The notes under the pieces are model-generated. The model was not told the origin of the DNA, made no database searches, and worked only from the letters and a program-made list of their open reading frames with translations. A DNA stretch of 61,930 nucleotides, counting the filler, from Stramenopiles sp. TOSAG23-2 (taxonomy: Eukaryota): assembly GCA_900128395.1 (NCBI GenBank). It is 5 parts of 5 records of this genome, joined end to end, with 100 filler letters (N's around TTAATTAATTAA, not from the genome) between each part and the next. Parts side by side here need not be neighbours in the genome. Positions count along the whole stretch, not along the records: positions 24,885 to 37,186 come from LT649864.1; positions 37,287 to 49,560 come from LT649865.1; 3 more parts are not named here. One strand, given 5' to 3'. Every line of letters starts with the position of its first letter. Within the stretch, counting starts at the first letter, position 1. A program made the position numbers and the translations under genes. Positions 34,295-43,197 of this stretch are shown piece after piece.

Positions 34295-35731
34295 ATGAAT
34301 GAAAAACTTGCCAAATTGTTTTTGAAAGCATCTGAAAAAGAAGCTAAAAGCGATAAAATTAAAGAAGCATATTATAAAGTTCATTTAGCAATTTCAAAAC
34401 TTCCGTATGTCATTGGTAATGCTGGTGCGCCGACAGGGAAAGAAATGGGTGAACATGGTAACAAACATAAAGTACCTAGTATTGGAAAAGTATCTGGTTC
34501 GTATATTGATGAATATCTACGTACGGGTACGATAAAACATTTTAAGATCAATTATGGAATGACATTTAATGAAGATAGTGAGGAGGAGAAGAATAATAGT
34601 TCCAATAAAACAACACAAAATCTTGATCTTGGAGCAGCAGCTATTGATGGGGGTGTAACAAATGATGGATTACCTCTAATGCAACAGCATAAAGGCGAAC
34701 AACTTAAACAAAGGTCCAAACAAAGGAAAAAAGCAGAACGTTTAGCTAAACATCAACTTGATTTTGATAAAATGTTTATAGCATCGGGTTTAGTTGTTGA
34801 TTTAGAAACGACGATTCCCAGAAAAGGTTCGTATAATTTCGTCTTTGAAATTGGTGGAATTACAACAAATTATGATGTTAGTAACCAAAAAGAAACAACA
34901 TTTAATTGCATGGTAGATTTTGATTTAGAACAAAAAGAAGTCACATCATATAAAGATATTGAAAATAGACTAGAAGAACTTGGACAAGATGCAAAATTTA
35001 CGTTAAAATTTTGGAAAGAACATGTATTAATACCAAAATTCCAATGGTATAAACGCGATATATTTCCAGGAAAATTGGTTGAATCACGCAAAAATTGGAT
35101 GAAAGTGATTAAAAAATATGGGAATGGTAATGAAGATGATATTCCTACAACAAATGAGATGATGACTACCATTAAAAATGAATTTGGCGCATATTTCTTT
35201 TTTCCACAAAAATATGCGCTGCAGACATTTTTGAATTATAATTTAATGCTAAGCAAAACAATGCAAACAGATAAACAGATGTATTGGTATGCACATAATG
35301 GTAATAAATTTGATTTTTCCGTATTGGAAAAGGCATGTTGGAGATTAAATATTGGTTTAAATGTGAAAAGAATAGTTGTATTGAGAAAAGGCAATGATGA
35401 AGAAGATAAGGCTTTGTTTCAAAATTTTGGCATTACTGCTAATCGTAATCCTATAGATGGTCTTCAAATTATAGGATTTGATACTTTGCAATTTGCTAGA
35501 TTAAAAATTAAAAAAGGATGGAAAACAAAAAATAAACGTGCAGGTCATAGTCAAGAATCTTTATATGCAAGATATACGTCAACAACTCCAGAAATGGATA
35601 GTAAACCAGATGATGGAAGAGCTTTAGAAGTTTATGATGCTCATAATGCTGTTGATGATTGTATAGCTTTATTGAAACTAATGAAAGGTGTTGATGAGTA
35701 TTTAGAGACAAAGAAGAAGGAAATCATATAA
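34295..35731 (+). CDS. Pol-beta-type N-terminal HhH domain fused to DEDDh (DnaQ/TREX-like) 3'-5' exonuclease
   Basis: AYYKVHLAISKLP...VPSIGKVSGSYIDEYLRTG aligns to the Pol beta 8-kDa domain. ExoI VVDLETT, ExoII AHNGNKFDF, FDTL, ExoIII AHNAVDDC. Confidence 0.8.
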   Translation: MNEKLAKLFLKASEKEAKSDKIKEAYYKVHLAISKLPYVIGNAGAPTGKEMGEHGNKHKVPSIGKVSGSYIDEYLRTGTIKHFKINYGMTFNEDSEEEKNNSSNKTTQNLDLGAAAIDGGVTNDGLPLMQQHKGEQLKQRSKQRKKAERLAKHQLDFDKMFIASGLVVDLETTIPRKGSYNFVFEIGGITTNYDVSNQKETTFNCMVDFDLEQKEVTSYKDIENRLEELGQDAKFTLKFWKEHVLIPKFQWYKRDIFPGKLVESRKNWMKVIKKYGNGNEDDIPTTNEMMTTIKNEFGAYFFFPQKYALQTFLNYNLMLSKTMQTDKQMYWYAHNGNKFDFSVLEKACWRLNIGLNVKRIVVLRKGNDEEDKALFQNFGITANRNPIDGLQIIGFDTLQFARLKIKKGWKTKNKRAGHSQESLYARYTSTTPEMDSKPDDGRALEVYDAHNAVDDCIALLKLMKGVDEYLETKKKEII

Positions 35732-36095
35732 ACCACCGTGTTGAATAAATAAAAAATACTCGTACGGTGTGCAAAAAACGTACTGAGTGTATTTTTTTTT
35801 TTGAGATACGACAATACGACTTTGTATGATATCAATTTAATTAAATGCATAACTTATTTTTTATCATATTTTTTTTAGTATACCGAATTGGAATCATTTA
35901 AGACTTTATGATACAATTTTAATTATTTTTATTTTTTTAAAAAAATATTATATATAAAAAATACGAAAATATATTTTAATACCGTATATTTTTATATATA
36001 TTTTTTTTTAAACAACACAGAAACATATATAGTGTACATCTGGAAGCACTTAAGCCTCAACAGGATTATTTTCTGGTACGAGTTCGTAACTGCAT

Positions 36096-36995
36096 TTAAT
36101 ACGCAGTAACCCTTGTTAAACAAGGACGTTTCAACAACATTGTTGTATTATCAACAAAGATATTATTGAAGTTGTTAGTATCTGATGACATATCAAACGA
36201 TTTACGTTTTTTTCTGATAGCATGATTCATCTTGGTACCTTCTTTAATGATTCTTTCTCCCTTTTTTGTAAAATTGATCGTTACGATGTTATTATCCATG
36301 CTTTGATTGCCTTCCTCTTTTTTCTCTTTTGCTTTTTCTACATATGCATTTGCTAAAATGCGTTGTTGGACAAAAGCATTTTTTAATAATGATGTACGTT
36401 TCTTCAAATATTTTGCAACTAATTGCTTTCTTAAATTTTCTTTATCATTTAATAATGAAGAATATGTAAGTTTATTTGCACCTTCTAAACATTTAATAGA
36501 CTTCATAAACGTGATATCCTTATGATCATTTTCTTCATCAATAGCAATATCCGTTTTTTCATTGAAATTGTTCATTTTACCCGCCGTAACTACATCATCA
36601 ACATTATTATTAATATGATTATTTTGGATATGATGATCCTTTGGTGATAAATTTTCTTTATGTATCTTTAAAAATTGAAGAGTGGATGTTAATATATCAA
36701 AATCATCAGAATTTTGTAACATTAACTTTCTTCTTCTTTCACGAGCTGCACGTACTTCTTTTTTCGATTTCTTTGGACTGAGATTTTTCTTCTGCTTCTC
36801 CATTGTGGTTGTAGTAGTAGAAGATACCTTTTTATTGGTTGAAGGTGAAGATAGTAATAATTGTAGAAAATCAATATCTTCATGATCTTCTTCATTTGAT
36901 AAATCTGAAAATTCCAAATAATGATCTGAATTATCACGTTTTAATAAACGTGGTGGAGACATGAATTCAGGAAATTCATGCATGCCGAATTCCAA
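36096..36995 (-). CDS. Hypothetical low-complexity protein, 5' end uncertain
   Basis: 299+ codon ORF; the frame stays open upstream without an ATG, close to the contig edge. Confidence 0.6.
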   Translation of the reverse strand: MEFGMHEFPEFMSPPRLLKRDNSDHYLEFSDLSNEEDHEDIDFLQLLLSSPSTNKKVSSTTTTTMEKQKKNLSPKKSKKEVRAARERRRKLMLQNSDDFDILTSTLQFLKIHKENLSPKDHHIQNNHINNNVDDVVTAGKMNNFNEKTDIAIDEENDHKDITFMKSIKCLEGANKLTYSSLLNDKENLRKQLVAKYLKKRTSLLKNAFVQQRILANAYVEKAKEKKEEGNQSMDNNIVTINFTKKGERIIKEGTKMNHAIRKKRKSFDMSSDTNNFNNIFVDNTTMLLKRPCLTRVTAY

Positions 36996-37186
36996 TGTTT
37001 CAGTGGCATCATTAAAGAATAAAGCATCATCTTTTTGAATATTATTGCTAGGAGCAGTGCTATTGGATGATGGATATATAATCGGTCCAAAATCAATATC
37101 GTCTAAAGAGTCTCTAACATTATTTGTTTGATAATTAATATTATTTTTATATAATTATGGTTCAAAAAATGTAATAATATAATAGC

Positions 37187-37286
37187 NNNNNNNNNNNNNN
37201 NNNNNNNNNNNNNNNNNNNNNNNNNNNNNNTTAATTAATTAANNNNNNNNNNNNNNNNNNNNNNNNNNNNNNNNNNNNNNNNNNNN
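37187..37286. other. Artificial contig spacer
   Basis: 44N-TTAATTAATTAA-44N. Confidence 0.97.
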
Positions 37287-37723
37287 GTTATATTTTGTCA
37301 TATATATAAATAATAAATTGTATTTTAGAATAGGTTTCAGCGATAGAAATTGATTATCGTTATATCCATAATCGATAATATGACAGGTTATAATATATAT
37401 GTACATGTATCGAATTGTTTGAAAATAAAACAGTGGTGACAACAGAAATTAATTTTGATTATCTAATAACTATCATGCGTAAGAATATGTGTGCGTATCA
37501 TATCATATATCATATCATATAATTACCATATGATATTTGCCAAAGATCGAAGAAATATCAATAGAAAATGAACACAAAAAGAATAAAAGTTAGTAGAGTG
37601 TTATACATGATGTGATAGATGTGCGTGTTCTTTTAAAATTTTATTTTTTTATTTTTTAATATAATATATATATATATATATATAAAAGTATACGTTTTAT
37701 AATCTTATACGTAATATATATTA

Positions 37724-37786
37724 TTTCTCTTACTCATATATTACATAAATTTCTTTTACTCCCCGGAAATTAACATCTCAAATATA
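37724..37786. repeat. Dispersed AT-rich repeat family member
   Basis: TTTCTCTTACTCATATA...TTCTTTTACTCCCCGGAAAT matches the reverse complement of 15661-15730. Confidence 0.7.
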
Positions 37787-38104
37787 CATATACGTATATA
37801 TATTATAATATATACACATGTATCATATGATATATTATTTTTATAATATACTTCGTATTATGTTATGTACACACATAAAATTACTCGTACTAAACAAACG
37901 CCAACAAGAACAATAGGTTTTCGTTTCGTATTTTTTATTCATGTCGTTCGTATTTTTATGATACACACCAATAAATATGATATCTCATATACTTTTCTCG
38001 TTTTAAAATACGTAAATTATAAATTATAATATATCATATGATATGATACATATATATTGAAAAGTATTGACATTGATCCTTTATATATTACATTTATGGC
38101 ATTT

Positions 38105-39619
38105 TTACAAAGTCGTAGAAACGTTACCTATCGATCCCTCGGCTAGCAAGTCTAATGCATCTGTATCTTCATGTTTAGCCCAATAACGTTTAACCGCTTC
38201 TTCTTTCAATCGTTTCGTTTTTGGTATTTTAGGTGACACAATTCCTAATGCTTTATTTAATGCCTTTTGTTTTAATAATTTTTCAAGAGCTACTTTTTCT
38301 GCTTCCTCTTCTTGAAAACGTTTCAAACGTCGTATTTCTTTTTTCTTCGCTCTTTCATCCATTCTCCTTTGTCGATCGCGATTTATACGATCTTTGGTAG
38401 CAAGTGCCCGCAAACGCTTCTCGTTATCAATTTTCAATTGTCTTTCTTCGTCTTCCTTTAACTTTCGTTTCTTAGCTTCTTGTTTCTTCAATGTTTCTAA
38501 ACGCAGTTTTTCACGCCTTTCTATTAATAATTGTTCCCTTTCCTTTAATCTTTTTCTTTGTTTTTCATCTTCTATTTGTTTTAATAATCTATTTTTTTCC
38601 ATTTGTTTTGCAATTTTTTCTTTTTCATATTTGGCATGTTGTGCAGCCATTTGTTGGTGTTTTACTTTTGCCATTGCGTCCCTTTGTGCTTGCTCTCGTA
38701 GCTTTCTCATGATGATTTTTATTCCTCTTAATCTGATACAAGTTTTATACGCAAATGACAAAAGTTGAAACTGATTAAATTTATGTTTATTATTTTCATT
38801 ATTATTTTGAAAAAAATATAAACCATTGACACCACCAGATACAATATCAACGCCATCATCCACTATTTCCCTGTCTCTTGTCCTTAAAATATTACACATT
38901 TGTAGCATTTTTGATAACGTTTTGATTCCCGGTATCAAAGTACGGACTGTTTTATTAAATATAGGATAATATTTCTCTTTCCAAATTTTCACCCGTGCAT
39001 ATCTACCACGTTGGAGTTTTTGTACTATAACAACAGCAATAAGATATTGCTTTAAATTTTTCAAAGTAAAATATGCACGTATAAATTTTTGAATTGTACT
39101 TGCTGCTGCGCTTCTTATCTCCCGCCTCTCTTTCGCCAATTTCGTGATTTCTATTCCTTTACACATTCTCCAAAAACTTTGTATTACAATTGCAGCTTCA
39201 CGACGTTGTTTGACTCTTCCATTTTGCATTAATTTCCTATATTTCTTATTATATAAGATTGTTTGAGCTTTTGCTTCTAAGTCTTTTTCTGTTTTAGATA
39301 AAAATGTACAATAATCTTTACGATAGCGTGGTTTTTTCAAAAATGAAACGCCATGTTTCCAATATTTCTCTTTATTGTTGTTCATATGTGATGTTGTTAA
39401 GTTATCTACGATATATTTGGATTTTGGTGGTGGACTTGTTAAAATATTTACAAGGTAAAGACAAGGCATGATTTTCAGTGTTTCTTTTGTCTTTTGTATT
39501 GGTCCATTATAAATTGGCTTCTTCTTTTTATTTTTTAATTTGTCCACACGTCTTCTCAATTTTCTATTCAATTTACAATTTCTACATAGCGTGCATGGTT
39601 GGGTACTACTCCATTCCAT
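38105..39619 (-). CDS. IQ-motif coiled-coil protein (5' end uncertain)
   Basis: AAIVIQSFWRMCKG, AASTIQKFIRAY, VQKLQRGRYAR IQ motifs; long charged coiled coil. Confidence 0.7.
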   Translation of the reverse strand: MEWSSTQPCTLCRNCKLNRKLRRRVDKLKNKKKKPIYNGPIQKTKETLKIMPCLYLVNILTSPPPKSKYIVDNLTTSHMNNNKEKYWKHGVSFLKKPRYRKDYCTFLSKTEKDLEAKAQTILYNKKYRKLMQNGRVKQRREAAIVIQSFWRMCKGIEITKLAKERREIRSAAASTIQKFIRAYFTLKNLKQYLIAVVIVQKLQRGRYARVKIWKEKYYPIFNKTVRTLIPGIKTLSKMLQMCNILRTRDREIVDDGVDIVSGGVNGLYFFQNNNENNKHKFNQFQLLSFAYKTCIRLRGIKIIMRKLREQAQRDAMAKVKHQQMAAQHAKYEKEKIAKQMEKNRLLKQIEDEKQRKRLKEREQLLIERREKLRLETLKKQEAKKRKLKEDEERQLKIDNEKRLRALATKDRINRDRQRRMDERAKKKEIRRLKRFQEEEAEKVALEKLLKQKALNKALGIVSPKIPKTKRLKEEAVKRYWAKHEDTDALDLLAEGSIGNVSTTL

Positions 39620-42600
39620 TACCTTAGGCAAAATGAATGTATTTTAATGGATACAAGTTTGTATATAGTAATATATGTTAACATCCTGGCATTTAAATCA
39701 TAATCATTAACGGCATAAAATAAACCATCTTTTGGCAGTGTATTTTCGTTAGTATTTTTATTTTTTTTCGGCATAGCCAATGGATCTTTAAAAATTGGTA
39801 AATTGTTTAAAAGAACATCTTCCGTAATGTCACTTTTCTGTGGTGCTTCGACCATTGTATTAGCGTTTTGTTCCCATTTTTTTATCAATTCTGAATACTT
39901 TTCGTCGTAATTAACACTTAAATCAATACTTTCGCCATCGTTTTCAACAACAATGTCTGCATCCTCTGTGTTATTGCTCTTCTTGTATTTTTGTATAGCG
40001 CCGAATTCCTCATGTATGGTATCCATTGCTTTTGAACATCTTTTCAATTCATCTCCCACTTGTAAATATCGATTGATTCTTCTAATAATTGCTTTTCGAA
40101 CGGCACGAATATCTTGATTGCCCTTCGTCTCTACTAAGTCTAATTTCAACAACTTTTTCATTATTTTTTGCTCAGTTAGGGTACCACACAGTCTATATAG
40201 ATGCGTAGCTTTCTTTGCTGACGCTTTGTCATATGTACCAGGTAATTTTGCCTTTTGTGCCTCATTAACTTGTTTAACAAGATCTACCATTTCTAAATAA
40301 TCATTTTCAAGGTCATTGACATATTTTTGTAACTCTTTGTATAAATTGTCTTTCCATACTGCGTTACGAATATCTTCTGATTGTTGTGGTGTAGGTCCAC
40401 TTGCTCCAATTTCAATTCCATAATACATCCTATTTCCATTTTTCAATTGTTTAGCACCACGTACTGGAATCGTCGTTGCACTTTCTGAAAGCAAATAAAG
40501 TCCCAATGCATGAACAAAACTAGTAGTTAAATCAAAAATAGCTTTTGAATAACCAAGGTTCCGACCGAGTATGGCATTTGAAGCCTTTAAAAAGATAGAG
40601 AGTTGAAATGGGATCATCAAAAACAATAAAATACCGATTGAAATGCGAAAACGGTCCAAGTCTAAATTACCCCCATTATCAACCGTTTTTAAGAACAGAA
40701 ATCTCAATGTCGATAAATATGTGCCAATTTGAAACATAACAATCGCTGCACCGATCAATCGACCAGATGTGATTCCGTCTTCGCGCAATGTAAACAAAGA
40801 TTCTTCACGATTGATATCTTCAAATCTCAAATGGCCAATAGCAAAACATATAATGGATAAAGTTACTAAATGAATAAATCTGAAAATGGCAGATTGGTAA
40901 TTACCACTGTTGCAAGAATGAACCACTTCAAATATATTTGAAGGAAAGTTGCGTGGCAAAAACGACGTTGCTCGTTGCATTAACAGACAAATTTGCAACA
41001 CTAATTGCAATAATGATAGCGCCGCATAATATATGAAGCCAAATACAAAAAATGGTGGAAAATGCCGATCTACTGGCAGTAAAGATGTAACACAAAACAA
41101 AAAAGGTTTTAATGCCCCCCCGATTATACTGACGACCCAATAAACCATTTCTGGTATCGTTTGTTGAAAATATATTTGATATGCAGGGATTTCACATATT
41201 GAGTATACAATCCAAATTGCAAATGCAATATACAAAGACCATCGTATACTTTTTACCACCTCTATATCTGTGATACCATATTTTTTATGTTCATCGGTGT
41301 GTAATAAACCAAAAATCATCCATAGTAAATGCTTCTCAGGCTCTAATGCTTCCTGTAACGATGGGAATGACTTTCCATTATGTGGTAAATAAATATGCAA
41401 TTGATAACCAAATGACAACATCATAATACCTATTGACATGGATAGTGTTAATTTTCCATAGCGATGCACTATTTGACCAAAATATATAAATAGATCATCA
41501 TTTTTTGATGGGAAAACTTCATCCTTTTCGTTGTATAGGCTGTAAATGCGATCGTGAAAAAATGGTACAGAGCGGTTTGCACCACTTACTGTTAAATTCG
41601 ATGCAAATTCTGCCTTAGTTCCAACTTCAGTTGACATTAAATGTTTCCGGAAAACGGACATTCGATCTACCACTTTTTTATAGACAAAACCTGTTTTTTT
41701 ATCTACCGCTTCGTATAAGGCCTCGTTTATGGTTAGAACTAACTGTTTACACCATACCATACAGTTATGATCAATATGCATATTTACACTAGGAATTTCC
41801 TGTGTCAGAATCCCAAGTGATTTATCTGGTGTTGACATATGAGCAATCGACATGGATGAGGGATCTACCATGTTATCTTTAAGACCACCAGATAAAGAAA
41901 TTAGAACAACTTTACGTAATTTATGTGCTGATTTCTTAGTAAACATACTAGCTTTAGATAAAATGGCCTTCCGTTCATGATCCATATTACTCTGCGTTGC
42001 GTTCTTGTTGGGTGATTGAAAATAATGCCCGATGACTGGTAGATTGCTAAAACTAAACCACGATGATGAAGTAGTTTTTTTTAGCGCTTCAGATTCCTTT
42101 ACTTCATCAATGACTTTCGTTTCTTTTTTTTTCCCAACATCGCCTTCTTCTACTTCTTTTGTTTGTGTTGCCTCCTCTGCAACTTCAAATTCGTCTTCGA
42201 TATCTTCATCCTCGGTATTTTCTTTCAGCGATTCTTTTTTTTTCTCTTCTTCTTCTGCAGCTTTTCTTTCTTTCTCGTTTCTAACTTGCCTATCTAAATA
42301 GTAATTATGGGCTATATACCGCGAGCCAATACTCCACATATGGTATGTGTCTGAGTATATGCGATTTAATGTGCTATCGAGATATATAGGGGCACGTGCA
42401 TGTGGAGAGCTCAAAGTAATTATAGTTGAAATGCTACCTTGTCTATACGATGAAAGCGTCAATGCATGAGTTGCAGCTATACCACCCATGGAGTGGCCAA
42501 TAACAATAATAGATCTAGCAACTTTTTTTAGCTTTTCTTTATCACCACGTGCCTGTTTTCTATACAAACGTATAATTGCACTTGCAGCCATATTAATATA

Positions 42601-43038
42601 TTCTGCTTGATCTTCTAAATAATCACCATTAACTGCAGACGCTTCTTCCTGAAAATCTATTGTAAAATACTCCAACCGCTTTTTTGGTTCGATTTCATCA
42701 GCAACTAAATCGGAAGCATATCCTAAAGACCGCACTTCCTTATAATGACCTTTATTTCCATGGACGTATAATACAGGAATTCCACGAACTTTCAACGCTT
42801 TATTTTTTGTTACATAGTTTGGCTGTATATGACGATACAATGTATATTTTGAATTTATATTCTTGAATCGTTCATTTGGTTCAGACATTGAAAATGTTAC
42901 ATATTCAGGTGCATACATCCGGGGAATCTCGCATTCATTTGGTATATTCGGTATTGTTACATAGAGTTGATATATACCAATGGTAAAAATGATAAAAGTT
43001 GTTATTAAAATAGTTGAGTGAACGATATCTTTCTTCAT
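39619..43038 (-). CDS. PGAP1: GPI inositol-deacylase (PGAP1/Bst1) with multi-TM region and C-terminal BAG domain
   Basis: N-terminal TM; GIPVLYVHGNKGHYKEVRSL; GHSMGG lipase motif; IDHNCMVWCKQL; later KKLLKLDLVETKGNQDIRAVRKAII (BAG). Confidence 0.85.
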   Translation of the reverse strand: MKKDIVHSTILITTFIIFTIGIYQLYVTIPNIPNECEIPRMYAPEYVTFSMSEPNERFKNINSKYTLYRHIQPNYVTKNKALKVRGIPVLYVHGNKGHYKEVRSLGYASDLVADEIEPKKRLEYFTIDFQEEASAVNGDYLEDQAEYINMAASAIIRLYRKQARGDKEKLKKVARSIIVIGHSMGGIAATHALTLSSYRQGSISTIITLSSPHARAPIYLDSTLNRIYSDTYHMWSIGSRYIAHNYYLDRQVRNEKERKAAEEEEKKKESLKENTEDEDIEDEFEVAEEATQTKEVEEGDVGKKKETKVIDEVKESEALKKTTSSSWFSFSNLPVIGHYFQSPNKNATQSNMDHERKAILSKASMFTKKSAHKLRKVVLISLSGGLKDNMVDPSSMSIAHMSTPDKSLGILTQEIPSVNMHIDHNCMVWCKQLVLTINEALYEAVDKKTGFVYKKVVDRMSVFRKHLMSTEVGTKAEFASNLTVSGANRSVPFFHDRIYSLYNEKDEVFPSKNDDLFIYFGQIVHRYGKLTLSMSIGIMMLSFGYQLHIYLPHNGKSFPSLQEALEPEKHLLWMIFGLLHTDEHKKYGITDIEVVKSIRWSLYIAFAIWIVYSICEIPAYQIYFQQTIPEMVYWVVSIIGGALKPFLFCVTSLLPVDRHFPPFFVFGFIYYAALSLLQLVLQICLLMQRATSFLPRNFPSNIFEVVHSCNSGNYQSAIFRFIHLVTLSIICFAIGHLRFEDINREESLFTLREDGITSGRLIGAAIVMFQIGTYLSTLRFLFLKTVDNGGNLDLDRFRISIGILLFLMIPFQLSIFLKASNAILGRNLGYSKAIFDLTTSFVHALGLYLLSESATTIPVRGAKQLKNGNRMYYGIEIGASGPTPQQSEDIRNAVWKDNLYKELQKYVNDLENDYLEMVDLVKQVNEAQKAKLPGTYDKASAKKATHLYRLCGTLTEQKIMKKLLKLDLVETKGNQDIRAVRKAIIRRINRYLQVGDELKRCSKAMDTIHEEFGAIQKYKKSNNTEDADIVVENDGESIDLSVNYDEKYSELIKKWEQNANTMVEAPQKSDITEDVLLNNLPIFKDPLAMPKKNKNTNENTLPKDGLFYAVNDYDLNARMLTYITIYKLVSIKIHSFCLR

Positions 43039-43197
43039 TATGATAATATAATATTGAGTCTAAAAATGAGACACAACTATGAATCAAAACAAAATAGAAC
43101 AATACCTTTTCTTTTTCTTTGTTACTTATCTACAATAACAGTAGGATTCGTATATACGAGAATAAATTTGTTCGAAACATATTTAGATATACGTACG

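Larger units (their letters stand above)
24941..34760 (+). repeat. Near-identical 4760-bp direct duplication (24941-29700 / 30001-34760, offset 5060)
   Basis: Identical ORF sets at +5060. Differences noticed by eye: 24949 G vs 30009 T, and 29531 T vs 34591 G. Confidence 0.95.
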
